The position numbers and the translations under genes were made by a program. A stretch of 64,000 nucleotides of DNA from contig NW_003314267.1 of the NCBI RefSeq assembly GCF_000143415.4, positions 2,459,839 to 2,523,838 on the forward strand, given 5' to 3'. The DNA comes from Selaginella moellendorffii (taxonomy: Eukaryota > Plantae > Lycopodiophyta). The first letter of the stretch is position 1. The number at the start of each line of letters is the position of its first letter. This document shows, piece after piece, positions 21,809-33,351 of the stretch. The notes beneath the pieces are model-generated. The model saw only the letters and a program-made list of their open reading frames with translations. It searched no databases and was not told where the DNA came from.

Positions 21809-24716
21809 CACTATTGACCCGTCACCTTCTTGGGAGTTGACGTCCCAAGCTTGTTCTTGGGGTTGTGCGTTGCCAGACCAGCTTTTGCAAGTTCCCCAAC
21901 CTTCCCGGCAAACACATCAAAGTTCTTCCTAGTAGAGCATCCACTCTGCATGCGTTAGATCGAGGAGTGAAGGTTTGGAAACTTGCCTTTGTATGAGAAA
22001 CACGCAACTCCTTGAGAAGGAGCACGAGCTCCTCCAGTTTCCAGTTGATTGCAAGTCGTTTATAATCCTAGAACAAAGCTTGCAAGGTGAATCCTTGTGA
22101 AGAACATGAAAGCTTTGTAGAGGAAGCAAACCTTGTAGCTTTGGTCGTATACAGGACATGCCTCCAGTTCTGGGAGCCTCAGCCACTCCCTGTGCTTCCA
22201 AATCCTCAATGTCACTAGAAGTCCTTTTAAAAATCAACAACTTAAGCTTGTTTTGTTTTTTTTTTTAAGAAGTTTTTCTTTAATTTCACTTAACGAGTTT
22301 TCCTTAATCATTTTAACATCTATATTTCACCATCAATGGTCCTAACCAAAATAATCTTTGCCAATTTTGATATGTAAGTGCATAAATGTTTTCAGGCAAG
22401 CCTTTCACGTGTTGCAGCCAGGTGACTTGGCCTTCCTCTCTACTTCAAAAACCTGATCAACATAAACATACCAAGCTTCATGAGATGTCCTTGGTGCTCT
22501 CACTTGAACAATATTATGAGATTTCGGCCATATTGAAAAACGTCCCCTGATTCAAGAAGTTTACATGGTAGCCTTGAGGATTTTACATCCTAAGCAATTT
22601 GAACTCCACACCATTTTCCATCTGGGATCTGAACCACACATATCTCATGCTCTATGAGCTCAACAGGTTGAATGCAATCACCGCTGAACTTAAGCATTGC
22701 ACTTGTAAGCAGATGCATACTTGAAAACTCACATTTTTCTGGATGACCATTTGTTATTTCATAACGAAAATAATCTGCTGCAAAGTAAACCTGCAAGAGA
22801 ATATAACATAAAATAAAATAAAATATGCTTTACCTTGTAGCTTTGTTCAAACTTATGACTAAAAGCATATCTAAACTTCTTAATCCAAGGAAGTTCTCCC
22901 CAAGTTCGATTCTTCACTACAATGTGAACATTTTAGCCTCCAAAGATATATCCCACTGTGAAAATAAATTTGAAGTGAATCACCTTGTCATTGCACTATG
23001 CATCCTCACTTTTATTGTTGAATCCTGCAATTGCATTAAGCTTGTGAACACCAATAGGTCACTTAACTCCCTTGCCAATAATAATTCCCTTCTCCTTTAT
23101 CAGATCGTCCCTGTTAGAGTTTGGAGCCTCTGCAAATAAAGCTTTAGCTACTGCTTGGCAAAATACTCCAATACATCATGTGGAAAAAGGATTGAAAACA
23201 TTGCAGAGAAAGAAAGTGTTTGATTTGCATTGGGTTTTTAACTTCTTGCAAGCATTTTACAACCAATCCTTCCCAATGGTTTCGAGGAAGAAGATGATCA
23301 TGATCTTGAAAGAGTAAAGCTTGTACTCTAGTAAAAAACAACCTGGGAAAAAAACAAATTAGAAATGATTTATCCTATTATTATTTGAAGCACCTGTTAT
23401 GGATCCTAAAAAAAGTAATGTGTCCTCGTTTGTGATTTGTCTTCATGTTGTTAATATCATCAAACATTCTTAGCACCATGTTGCATCATGTGGTCCAATA
23501 TGAAATATATCTTGAACCATATGCCTAGCTACAATACATGATCTCATTTTACCAATAACACTCTCCATCCGTCCAAAACTAGCAATGATTCAACATTTCA
23601 ACCATGGTCTCATCCAAAGTCATAAAAAATCTTTAGTGTTTTTAAGATCATCTAGAAAAAACTTATGATGCTCACATGCTTTCGAAAAAGCTAAGCATTC
23701 TTTCTAGCGGTCAATAGCCTCTCAGACTTTCTTCCACATCATATTATTTGTATCTTGCCAAAGTATGAAACAGAATCATGGAGTAAGTCTAGACCTTGCT
23801 GATGGTAAACCCAATGTAGAGCAGACTTGCCTCTTGCTCCATAACTCTTTTCTGTAGAGGTATTTCCCATTTGAAGATGATTAATAGCTACCTCGACTTC
23901 TTCCATCGTTTGACATTGATCTCAGTCTCTTGGTTTTCTGCCAAACATCTCTATAAAGTTTCTACTTTCTAGTATTACGAATTGAGCAATATCTATATGG
24001 ATTTCCTCCCACTGCAGAAGAATAGAAAATATAAAGTGGTTACAAATGATTAAATAGAAGAAAGAACTTACTAAAGCTCATCTTCATTTACAATGCCCTA
24101 AAATGAATTTCTTTCCATACCTAAAATCTGTGAGCTCACATGCTGAACTTTTGTTCAAGCCCTAAAATCTAAATATTTAGTTGCGTGTCCATTCAGGTAC
24201 AAATTAACTGTTGCATGATATGATCTAAAAAGACGTCAAAAACATTTGCATTGTCCATATTGTTAGGTAGCTCATCCTAACCTCGTGAATGCCTTGTGTC
24301 CCTTCATTGAGCATGACAATATTATGCTTCTCATTTTAGTTGATGTTACTTGAAAACCATCAGCATATAGCATTAGTGCTAAATTTTGTGGATCACCATT
24401 TGCAAACCTTGGATTGCATGGGACATCACTGCTGCATTCTGGGCATATAGTAAAACTACAACCATGACAATAATTGTACTATTGGCTAGAGAACGTTATA
24501 TGTCTTTGTGGCCAAGTCTGAATCCATCTCTTGCATGACAAGCAGTGAATTGGAAGCTCAAAAGTTCTACCACTACCCCAGAATGCAAAGTACTTTATCC
24601 ATTTTGAACTATGCCAAACTTGTTTCATTGTACCCTCCATCTTTGGATCACGTTTATGTTGAAGATCATTGAAGTTGATGGTAGTCAACTTGCACCATAA
24701 GTTCAATATTTCTATG

Positions 24717-24763
<47 letters not shown>

Positions 24764-24950
24764 CTGGAGCTCGTAGCATCTAAAAAAAAGAAAAACAAAA
24801 AATGATTTAGGATCTAAAAAATTCAGTTTTAAAATTACATGAAACACCTTTATTTGATTCTTTGTTTGTAAATATCTAACAAGCTTTGTAAACCCCATTG
24901 ACTCCAAGAGGATGTCTTAACTTTCATTATGCACATAAGCACCTGAAAAC
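21809..24950 (-). mobile_element. Decayed CACTA/En-Spm transposon (Tnp2-like transposase relic), possible 3' terminus at 21809
   Basis: The minus strand gives MKQVWHSSKW...FANGDPQNLALMLYADGFQ (~24350-24630) and ILDHMMQHGAKNV (~23465-23503), resembling Tnp2 motifs DPRNLRLGLxxDGF and LDVMHIEKNV. CACTA occurs at 21809. Confidence 0.7.
24719..24762. repeat. (TA)n microsatellite
   Basis: About 22 uninterrupted TA units. Confidence 0.95.
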
Positions 24951-26855
24951 CATGGTATAAGTCTAATTAAGCTCTAAACTTATATATGTAAAACTATATG
25001 TGTTTTAATACTTATATAATTAAGTAATAATACATATATTTCAAAACTTATATGATACAAACTCATATTGATTTTACGTTTTTACTTGACTCAAATTTAA
25101 CATTAAAACTCAGTATATTGGCTTTTAGTGTTTAGAAGTTTATAACAAGTACTTGTTTTTGGAGTATTGATTTCAATTTATAACTATGTTATTTTACCTG
25201 TCTAGAGATAACACACACCAATCTATTAAATTAGAGGTACTTAATTAGACCAATAAAGAATAATAAACAAAAAATTATAAGGATTTAGTTAGTATTATTT
25301 TCTACTATATTTTATCAAAAACTTTGAAAATTACCTAGTACTATTTAAATATAAACATGATTCTCTAAAGTATTATTATTTATTACATAGAACTAGTTAA
25401 TTTATTTAAGCTAGAAATTAGTTATTCTATATATATATATAGAGAGAGAGAGTAACATGTAAATTTTTAAAATATAAGTAATTATATTTAGAATTTGTTT
25501 ATCTTTCCACCACTACAATGGTGATATAATTCAAGAAAGTTTTAACATTTCAATTTTTGATGAATAATATCATGAAGAGATAGAGTTTAATGACAAAAAA
25601 ATAATATTCATGAAATCTATAAAAGAAAAAAAAAATATTTCTCTTTAATCATTATAAATATTTTTAATTAACACATCTTCTCTTCCACAAGCTTTTATAC
25701 AGGCATAACTTTCTATTTATCATTAAATATAATGAGATTTAGGAACTTCATATTATAAGTCATAATTAACCTTGTTTAAATATTAGATAAATAAATTTAC
25801 CTGTTTTATATTTTATATTTTTAATCTTTATTATTGAAATTTAGTAAAAAATCTATTTGATTGAAGAGAAAACAAAGTATTTTCAATAGAAAAGGAAAGT
25901 GAAATATTTTCTTAGTAAATTTCACATTATTTATTATTTATGTTAAATATTTAATATCATTGCAAAAAAATACTTCTAAAATAAAATTTAAAAGTGAAGA
26001 ATAGTGGGCTTAACTACCAAAAACTACTAAAGCTTAATATACTAATATTGTTAAGGTTTTTGGTTTTTGTGTTGGTCTTTGGTTTTTCATTAATAATGCA
26101 ATCTTTTATTTATACATTACAACACCACTATAACTTGAGCACACTCTTTTTTAAATAAACTCACCAATTTTTTATTTGTGTAACTATTAGTAGTGTCACA
26201 ACTATATCTTTCACTCACTAATCTAGTGGCTTTGCTTTTTACTCACTATAACTGTAATTATAGCCATTTCAAAAAATATGAACTATTTATTGCAATTACT
26301 TCCTCTTCCACTCCACTATAGTCTCAAAAAATCTCTAAAATATATGATGACTTGGAAACAATTATTAAAAAAATGTCAGAGTTTTAAAGAAATAGAATTA
26401 ATATTTTTCATTCATTAATTTGATAATGCTCATACTATTTGTTATTGAGTTGTTCCTCTCCATGGTATTACAAATAAAAAATTAAAATTTTAATAATTTC
26501 CTTGTGAAAGGTTGTAATGCTATTTATAACCTTATAGAGGTATGGTGATGGAATTATTTAATTATTTATATTTTAATAATTTTCATATTTCTCATAAATA
26601 ATATATTTTTAGGCTTAAAATAAATACACCAATTTATGTAATAAATGCATAGGAGAAATCATATCTATGTTTAAATGGTACTAGATAATAATATAGAAAA
26701 ACATATGATTGATCCTTACCAGTCTCATTAGGTACCCTTATACTTAATAAATTAGTCTGTGAAAAACAAAACAACATAGTTGTAAATTGAGATTAACGCT
26801 CCAAAAATAAGTGCTTCTTGTGAACCTCTAAACATTTCTAGCTATATAAAATCTT

Positions 26856-28177
26856 TTGATCTCATGTTTCTTGGTAAAAAGATTGAGCAAGACATCCAAG
26901 ATATGGAAGCACAGGGAGCAGCACACTAGAGGCTTGTCACAGTTACGAGCAAAGCTACAAGGTTTGCTTCCTTTTCAAAGCTTTCATGTTCTTCACAAGG
27001 ATTCAACTTGGGACAAGCACGACAACTTGGTGGTGGCCAAGAACTTGATCAACTTGCAATCAGCCTGTGACAGGAAACTGGAGGAGCTCGTGCTCCTTGT
27101 CAAGGACTTGAGTGTTTCTCAGGCAAGTTTTCAAGCCTTCACACCTCAATCTAACATGTGCAAAGTGGATGATCTACTACGAAGAACTTTGATTCTTTTG
27201 CAGGTTTACTGTGCAGCAGATTATTTTCGTTATGAAATAACAAATGGTCATCCAGAAAAATGTGAGCTTTCAAGTATGCATCTGCTTACAAGCACAATGT
27301 GTAAGTTACGCATTGATTGCATTGAACCTGTTGAGCTCATAGAGCATGAGATATGTGTGGTTCTAATCCCAGATGGAAAATGGCGTAGAGTTCAAATTGT
27401 TTAAGATGTAAAATCCTCAAGGCTACCATGTAGACTTCTTGAATCAGGGGATGTTGTTCCAATATGGCCGAAATCTCATGATATTCTTCAAGTGAGAGCA
27501 CCTTTATGTTGATCAGGTTTTTGAAGTAGAGAGGAAGGCCAAGTCACTTGGCTGCAACACGTGAAAGGCTTGCCTGAAAACATTTATGCACTTACATATC
27601 AAAATCGGAAAAGATTATCTTGGTTAGAATCATTGATGGTGAAATATAGACATTAAAATGATTAAGAAAAACTCATTAAGTGAGATTAAAGAAAAACTTG
27701 TTAAAAAAAATAAAAAACAAGTTTCTAAATGAGTTTAACATGTTGGTTTTTAAAAGGACTTCTATTGAGCAAGACATTGAGGATTTGGAAGCACAGGGAG
27801 CGGCTGAGGCTCCCAAAACTGGAGGCATGTCCTGTATACGACCAAAGATACAAGGTTTGCTTCCTCTACAAAGCTTTCATGTTCTTCACAAGGATTCACC
27901 TTGCAAGCTTTGTTCTAGGATTATAAACGACTTGCAATCAACTGGAAACTGGAGGAGCTCGTGCTCCTTCTCAAGGAGTTGCGTGTTTCTCATACAAAGG
28001 CAAGTTTCCAAACCTTCACTCCTCGATCTAACGCATGCAGAGTGGATGATCTACTAGGAAGAACTTTGATGTGTTTGCCGGGAAGGTTGGGGAACTTGCA
28101 AAAGCTGGTCTGGCAACGCACAACCCCAAGAACAAGCTTGGGACGTCAACTCCCAAGAAGGTGACGGGTCAATAGTG
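26856..28177 (+). mobile_element. Second, 5'-truncated copy of the CACTA 3' portion in the opposite orientation
   Basis: Mirrors 21809-22800 and ends in TAGTG at 28173-28177; about 26880-27195 is an extra diverged direct copy of about 27765-28070. Confidence 0.6.
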
Positions 28178-28307
28178 AATATTCAATAAACAATTAAGAT
28201 CGCAGTCACATCTCAGCCGTCGGTAGAACGCCATCCCAACCGTCGACAAATAGTCGTTATGAGAAGCTAGGGTTTCTACCCTTTTTATTTTCTCATCTCA
28301 AGGAAGC

Positions 28308-29252
28308 TTGCGCGAGAGGAGAAGCTCTGCGATGGTGCGCCAAGACGTTGAGTTTGAGGACGACGATTGTGCCGAGCTCCTCAAGATCTACACGAGGGGC
28401 GAGAGGCTGGGCTGCGGGAGCCAGGGCCAGGTTTTCGTGCTCAAGGGTGCCACGAGCTACGCCGGGAAGATGTTTCGAGCGGGGAGGGACGCCGGGAGAG
28501 AGCTCCGGCTCATGTCCAAGCTCCGCGGCTGCGCTGGAGTGGTCTCCTTGGCGGGCTTCGTGAAGGAGAGGAGCGGCGGGGCTTGCTACGGGACCATGGT
28601 GATGGAGCTGTGCGGTCCTAGCCTGTTCCATCGATTGATCAAGGGAGGGCCGCTGGACGAGGAGGAGGCCGCCAAGACCATCCAGAGGCTGGCGGAGGCG
28701 CTCAAGGGGATACATAGCAGCGGCATCGTCCACCGGGATCTCAAGCCGGAGAACATCTTCGTCAAGCTGGACGCTACTGCCGTGCACGAGGTGGTGATTG
28801 GAGACTTCGGCGTGGCCACGGACGACCCCAAGGAGATGTCGCAGTGCTGTGGAACCGGGAAGTATATGGCCCCGGAGGTGACGAGCTGCAAGGGCGACGC
28901 AAGGTCGCAGAGCTTTTACACTGCGGCCATCGACGTGTGGGCGCTGGGAGTGATCGCATATGAGCTGCTGAGAGGCTACAAGCAATCCAGGGAAATCGAG
29001 TTGCTGCGAGCCGGGGAACTCCCGGATGGTTGTCCTCTCTCAGACGAGGTGGAGGATCTCATCTGCGGGATGCTGGCTGTGGAGCCGAGCGAGAGGTTGA
29101 CGCTGGATGGTGTGCTGGAGCATCCCTGGATCGTGGAGAATTGCAGCAGTAAGATCAAGAAGACGATTCAAAGCAGGAGGCGCTGTGGAGTGAAGAGGAG
29201 TGCTCCCGGTTTTAGTAGCGACTTGGTTGTCAAGAAAGTTAGAGCAGTGTGA
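28308..29252 (+). CDS. Intronless Ser/Thr kinase, copy 2
   Basis: Protein identical to 20734-21678; only one synonymous difference seen (TAT/TAC). Confidence 0.88.
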   Translation: MRERRSSAMVRQDVEFEDDDCAELLKIYTRGERLGCGSQGQVFVLKGATSYAGKMFRAGRDAGRELRLMSKLRGCAGVVSLAGFVKERSGGACYGTMVMELCGPSLFHRLIKGGPLDEEEAAKTIQRLAEALKGIHSSGIVHRDLKPENIFVKLDATAVHEVVIGDFGVATDDPKEMSQCCGTGKYMAPEVTSCKGDARSQSFYTAAIDVWALGVIAYELLRGYKQSREIELLRAGELPDGCPLSDEVEDLICGMLAVEPSERLTLDGVLEHPWIVENCSSKIKKTIQSRRRCGVKRSAPGFSSDLVVKKVRAV

Positions 29253-29343
29253 GTGTGTTAAATACATGCCACCATCAGCCAACTTGGTGAGCGCCTACTG
29301 TTAGTACATGAAGATGATAAGTGTAAACCAGGGTGTAGTTTGA

Positions 29344-29424
29344 CCATAACACAAATTCACGTTATATCATTGATTTTAAAATATTATTTTAAAATCAATG
29401 ATATAACGTGAATTTGTGTTATGG
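29344..29424. repeat. Perfect 81-bp palindrome (40-bp arms, 1-nt centre)
   Basis: CCATAACACAAATTCACGTTATATCATTGATTTTAAAATA-T-TATTTTAAAATCAATGATATAACGTGAATTTGTGTTATGG. Confidence 0.97.
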
Positions 29425-29915
29425 CTGTTTGCTCGCCCCAAGCCCAGCTCGGAAACGCTCCTGGCTGCTCGTTGCGTGAAGCCTTGGCCACTTTGCATCT
29501 GATAGCCACCGAGTAGCGATCCCCAAGCGGGAGAAATGGCATGGCTTGGACGACCTCGCGAGCGAGTTCCAGGTTCAGGATGTCTGTGACTGAATCGTAG
29601 TGCTCCCTCAAAGCTGTGATTCCAAAGTCGCCGCTCATGAGCACGAAGTGGCGGAGTCCCTGTTCTAGCTTTCCGCCATGGCTGGACGCAGCCAGAACAC
29701 TGGAGAAGGATTGCTCGTCCGGAGTGAGTCCCTCGATTGCCATCTTCGCCACCAGATCGAAGCAAGAGCTTAGCTCTCCGGCCTGAGCATTCCCTGCGAT
29801 CATGGTGTTGTAGGAGACGACGTTCTTCTCGGGAAAACGCTCGAAGAACCGCGCTGCCACTTCTAAGTTGCCGTTTCCAGTGACAGATCCGAGCACTGAG
29901 TTCCAGGAGACAAAA
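29425..29915 (-). pseudogene. Second truncated PPR copy with 12-bp and 10-bp deletions
   Basis: Mirror of 20069-20597; frameshifted after AMPFLP. Confidence 0.88.
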
Positions 29916-30266
29916 TTAAAATTCAAATAGTGCGATCTTAAAAACATAATTATAATAAATTTCATAATATCATTTTTAATTAAGATATTATGTATTTTTA
30001 ATTTTTATTCTTTATTTTAGTAAGTATATTTTTAATTATTCTGGGATATTCTACAATGTTGAGATTAATCTTGTATTTATAATTATAAACATACTTTTAA
30101 TTTAAAACATTCCTAAACACTTTTTAGTATAGTACATTCAAAGGTTGCTTAAGTTTTATTATTATTAGTCTATTTTACTTATATTCTTCTTGTGTAACTC
30201 ATATTTTTACTTAGTGTTGTAATCTATACTTCTTACAATATTTTGTATCTAAGATATTCTCATATG

Positions 30267-31043
30267 TTATTGGGTATTGCGATGTAAATACCTGAAAGCT
30301 AAGGCTTGCCGGGCAGTAATTGGATCAGACGCTAGCATCGATTTGACTAACTCCAGGGCATCCTTGTCCTTGATCAAATCATCCAAAGCCCGGAGAAATT
30401 TGTTGATCGTCTCCAACACCTCTCCTTTAGCCTCTTTCTCTGGTAGCTCAGGCATTTCCAATGGCAAGAGCATCCCTGCTAGCAATATCCCAGCACTCCA
30501 TATGTCCACCGCAGTTCCCACTTTCAGGGTTGTTTCTGGGGGATTGTTGCAAAGCCTCCTTGCACAGCTAAAATCGCCCAGCTTCACCTTGAAATTGCAT
30601 CCTTTGACCTTCACCAGGACGTTATTTTTTGTCATGCCCTGGTGCGCCACCCCACGTTCATGCAGCCAGGCAAGCCCTAAAAGGAGCTGGCGCATTATCT
30701 CCTTGATCTTCTCTTCCCTGGTGAAAATCCTCAAACCAAGCTCAGATTCTTTGCCAGCTTTCGAAAGGTCCATTTCTAGGTACTCCAACATGTTACCATC
30801 AGTATGCTCGAATACCATGTAGTAATTCCCATCCTTGTCTAGCCCCATGTTAATCACGTCCAAAACGTTTTTGTGTTTGCAATTTACCATGATCTCAAAC
30901 TCCTTGAGGATTTGCTTGTGAACCTCCTCACCTTTGCCCATATTTTTTATCACTACTCTCTCGCCCAGATCATCATATCCATGCGCCACCACAGAGCTTT
31001 CGTCATAGCCAGACGCATAGTTATATCTGCCCAACACTTTCAT
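30267..31043 (-). CDS. Intronless pseudokinase, copy B
   Basis: 258 aa, with 14 substitutions relative to 10640-11416. Confidence 0.8.
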   Translation of the reverse strand: MKVLGRYNYASGYDESSVVAHGYDDLGERVVIKNMGKGEEVHKQILKEFEIMVNCKHKNVLDVINMGLDKDGNYYMVFEHTDGNMLEYLEMDLSKAGKESELGLRIFTREEKIKEIMRQLLLGLAWLHERGVAHQGMTKNNVLVKVKGCNFKVKLGDFSCARRLCNNPPETTLKVGTAVDIWSAGILLAGMLLPLEMPELPEKEAKGEVLETINKFLRALDDLIKDKDALELVKSMLASDPITARQALAFRYLHRNTQ

Positions 31044-31159
31044 TTCTCAAGCTATGGAGAAACCCTATGGAGAAACACTCTCTTTTATAGTCGCAGTAAA
31101 GGTGAATCGAAAAAGGGTGACCATCGAAAATTTAGGTTTAGGGTTTAGGGCATTTTCTC

Positions 31160-31372
31160 CGAGAAATGAAAGTGTATACAATAATCTGGGCCAGACATTA
31201 GTGTTAAGAAATATGGGTAAAGGCGAGAAGGTTCACAAGCAAATATTTACACTTTTTTAGACAAAACCTTTTTTATGTTTAAGTTTGTTCTAATTCTTTA
31301 GAAATAAAAATGACAGTAGTAGTGTTTCCAAAATTAAAAGCTTGAGATCATGGTATGTTGCAAACAACATGG
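31160..31372 (+). pseudogene. Fragmented further copy of the pseudokinase 5' end
   Basis: gagaaATGAAAGTG, NLGQTLVLRNMGKGEKVHKQI and LEIMVCCK pieces. Confidence 0.7.
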
Positions 31373-31389
31373 GGCATGGAATTATGACA

Positions 31390-31804
31390 AAAGCTCCTTC
31401 ACTTTTCTCTTCTTCAACCTCTTCAGTCAGCATCATCATCGAATCCTGTCCAGAAAATAAACATATCATCAGGAAGAACAGAAAAGAAAAAAGAGGAGAG
31501 CTACAGAAAAAGATGGTTACCTCCAAGTGATTTAAGTTATGGTTCACGGAGGATTCCTGCGAGGCCTTTGTTGTTATTGCTGGCGTGGTGGTCGCAAAGT
31601 AATCATCGTCATCCTCGACATTGGCCCAAGACTTGACGGTAGCCAGACTTGGCACCCAAAACTGGCCAGCGTCCTCCTCTGGCTGCTTTGCAATGCATGC
31701 TTGTCCGACTTCTTCTTGCTGGATTTTCGCTCAAGTGCAGAGAAAATGTTTGCGGTGCTTACAGCAGGCAATCCATTGCCTTTCCTGTATCCACCTCCAA
31801 ACAT
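31390..31804 (-). pseudogene. Frameshifted, truncated relic of a conserved uncharacterised plant protein
   Basis: STANIFSALE..KKKSDK, then in another frame FWVPSLATVKSWANVEDDDDYFATT (family motif as recalled: FWAP..LTVKSWADVDDEDDDYYATT). Confidence 0.7.
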
Positions 31805-32076
31805 TCTAGAACAATTGCCCTCTTCGGAGAAGCCTCACACCCTCGATCTGGATATAAAAGAGAAGAACAAAAAACCATTAATTCTGGTACTCGAAAAAAT
31901 TCGGGTAGAAAGCACACAGCAGATTCTCCCTTGGCGAGCACACAATTCCTACAGTAGAAATCAAGATTTCTAGCACGAAATCGAGACTTCCCGCGCGTAG
32001 TTGAAATGAGCATATTCTAAGGATTTACTTTACTGCAAAATTGTTACGCCCTGCCCTAAGAGAATATACTCGGCAT

Positions 32077-32553
32077 TTATATCATCTTTAGGGTTCCTTC
32101 TCCCCTGCTAACAATCGCCCGCAGGGCCTGGAGTTTCTGGAGCAATTGCGCGAAATTCGCGTGGCTGATTCGAACGATCTCGGCTGCCGCGGCCAGGCTC
32201 GTGCATAGCTGAGATTTCCCACACGACCCACATGAGAAATTGGGGAGGAATCGACCGATGGAGGCGACCCACCTTCTGGTTGAGCGAGGTCCAAGCGTAG
32301 CCGGGGCGCTCCAATGCGGCATTGAGATCGCGGCAGGTCTCCTGGATTTCCTGCAACGGTGGTATTCCTGAGCACTGATCGAGGGATTGAAAGAAAGAGG
32401 AAGCACCTCTACGAGATCGAGATCCTGAGGGAGATGATCATCTTGTTGCGTTGCTGATGGGCGATCCAACCAGGGGAAATTCGGTGAAGCTTGGTCTTTG
32501 TTGAGATCATGGATGAGATCGTCGAGAGCGAGAAGAGGCCCTCCCGAGGCCAT
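32077..32553 (-). CDS. Small uncharacterised coiled-coil plant protein, probably 3 exons
   Basis: GT-AG splicing gives ...DLDLVE|EIQETCRDLNAALERPGYAWTSLNQK|LCTSLAAAAEIV...LRAIVSRGE. Confidence 0.55.
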   Translation of the reverse strand: MASGGPLLALDDLIHDLNKDQASPNFPWLDRPSATQQDDHLPQDLDLVEVLPLSFNPSISAQEYHRCRKSRRPAAISMPHWSAPATLGPRSTRRWVASIGRFLPNFSCGSCGKSQLCTSLAAAAEIVRISHANFAQLLQKLQALRAIVSRGEGTLKMI

Positions 32554-32629
32554 GATAGAAAAGAAACTTAGGGCTCTTGTTGGTTCATAAGAACAGTACC
32601 TCTACTCTAGTAGAGACACCAAAGTTCGA

Positions 32630-33196
32630 TCACAGCCCTATGGAAAAACGAGAAGAAGATCATCACTAAGCAATTCAACATCTCGCAAAAAGGAAAAGAA
32701 TGGATTTCTCCGAGGAGAAAGAGAAAGGAAGAAGAAATGAAAACCAGCTATGGTGGATGAAGAACAAAAGGAGGAATGCAAACCTTGCTCGCAGCATCAA
32801 GACGAACTTGAGCTTCTCCAGGAAGAACCTCTTCTTGGTTCGCTTGACACGCTCCTTCTCCGCCTGGTGCCGCTGCTCCGACGGCTTTACGTAGTACTAG
32901 ATCATTGAGCTTAGTGTCTTGTCCTGTCGCAACTTCCGGCCATAGCGCGCCACGGCTTGCTCGAAATTCAGCCCCTTGCAATCGATATACACGCCGCGCA
33001 CCTGTTGCTGCCCTCGATCCATCCAAATCAGAGCGCTGCGATGCGAGAGAAACGAAAAGGAATACAAAATGGGTGCTTGAGAACCGCGCCTGCATTGCCG
33101 CTTCTGTGGAGGCAATGCTGGAGCCTGGACTTCGCGAGCGCCTTGAATCCACGGCCAGGCCTCGCATTTCCAGCGGCAGATCCCAATCCCCGCCAT
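32630..33196 (-). pseudogene. Mitochondrial-type ribosomal protein bS21 family gene with an in-frame stop
   Basis: QQQVRGVYIDCKGLNFEQAVARYGRKLRQDKTLSSMI*YYVKPSEQRHQAEKERVKR...KLKFVLMLRAR; TAG at 32897-32899. Confidence 0.7.
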
Positions 33197-33351
33197 GACA
33201 GGCAGAAAACCCGAGGCAAGCTTTGCTCGCTCGATCGATTCACGGGAAATGGGGTGTGGACTGGCAGTGGCACCGCTTTACTTGGTGAGAGTTGGTCTTT
33301 CATTTAGAAGTAGAACGAGAAGAAAAGGATGCATCATCTTTGTCATCCAGC

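Larger units (their letters stand above)
19643..22800 (+). repeat. Left arm of a large inverted duplication (partner about 27195-30341)
   Basis: Mirror-image ORFs: PPR fragment 20019/29384, kinase 20734/28308, 21822/27961, 22590/27200. Confidence 0.95.
27195..31157 (-). repeat. Right arm of the inverted duplication; outer part matches ~10493-11520
   Basis: Reverse complement of 19643-22800, continuing as pseudokinase copy B plus the UTP21/pseudokinase promoter. Confidence 0.93.

Noticed and set aside
25511-25521. CACTACAA as a CACTA terminus
   Set aside because: No matching partner TIR or TSD was found, and the orientation is wrong for the 5' end of the minus-strand transposase.
21809-28177. 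One intact CACTA element bounded by CACTA...TAGTG
   Set aside because: The flanks are mirror images (ATT/AAT) rather than a 3-bp TSD, and the symmetry continues for kilobases outside; it is the same end duplicated.
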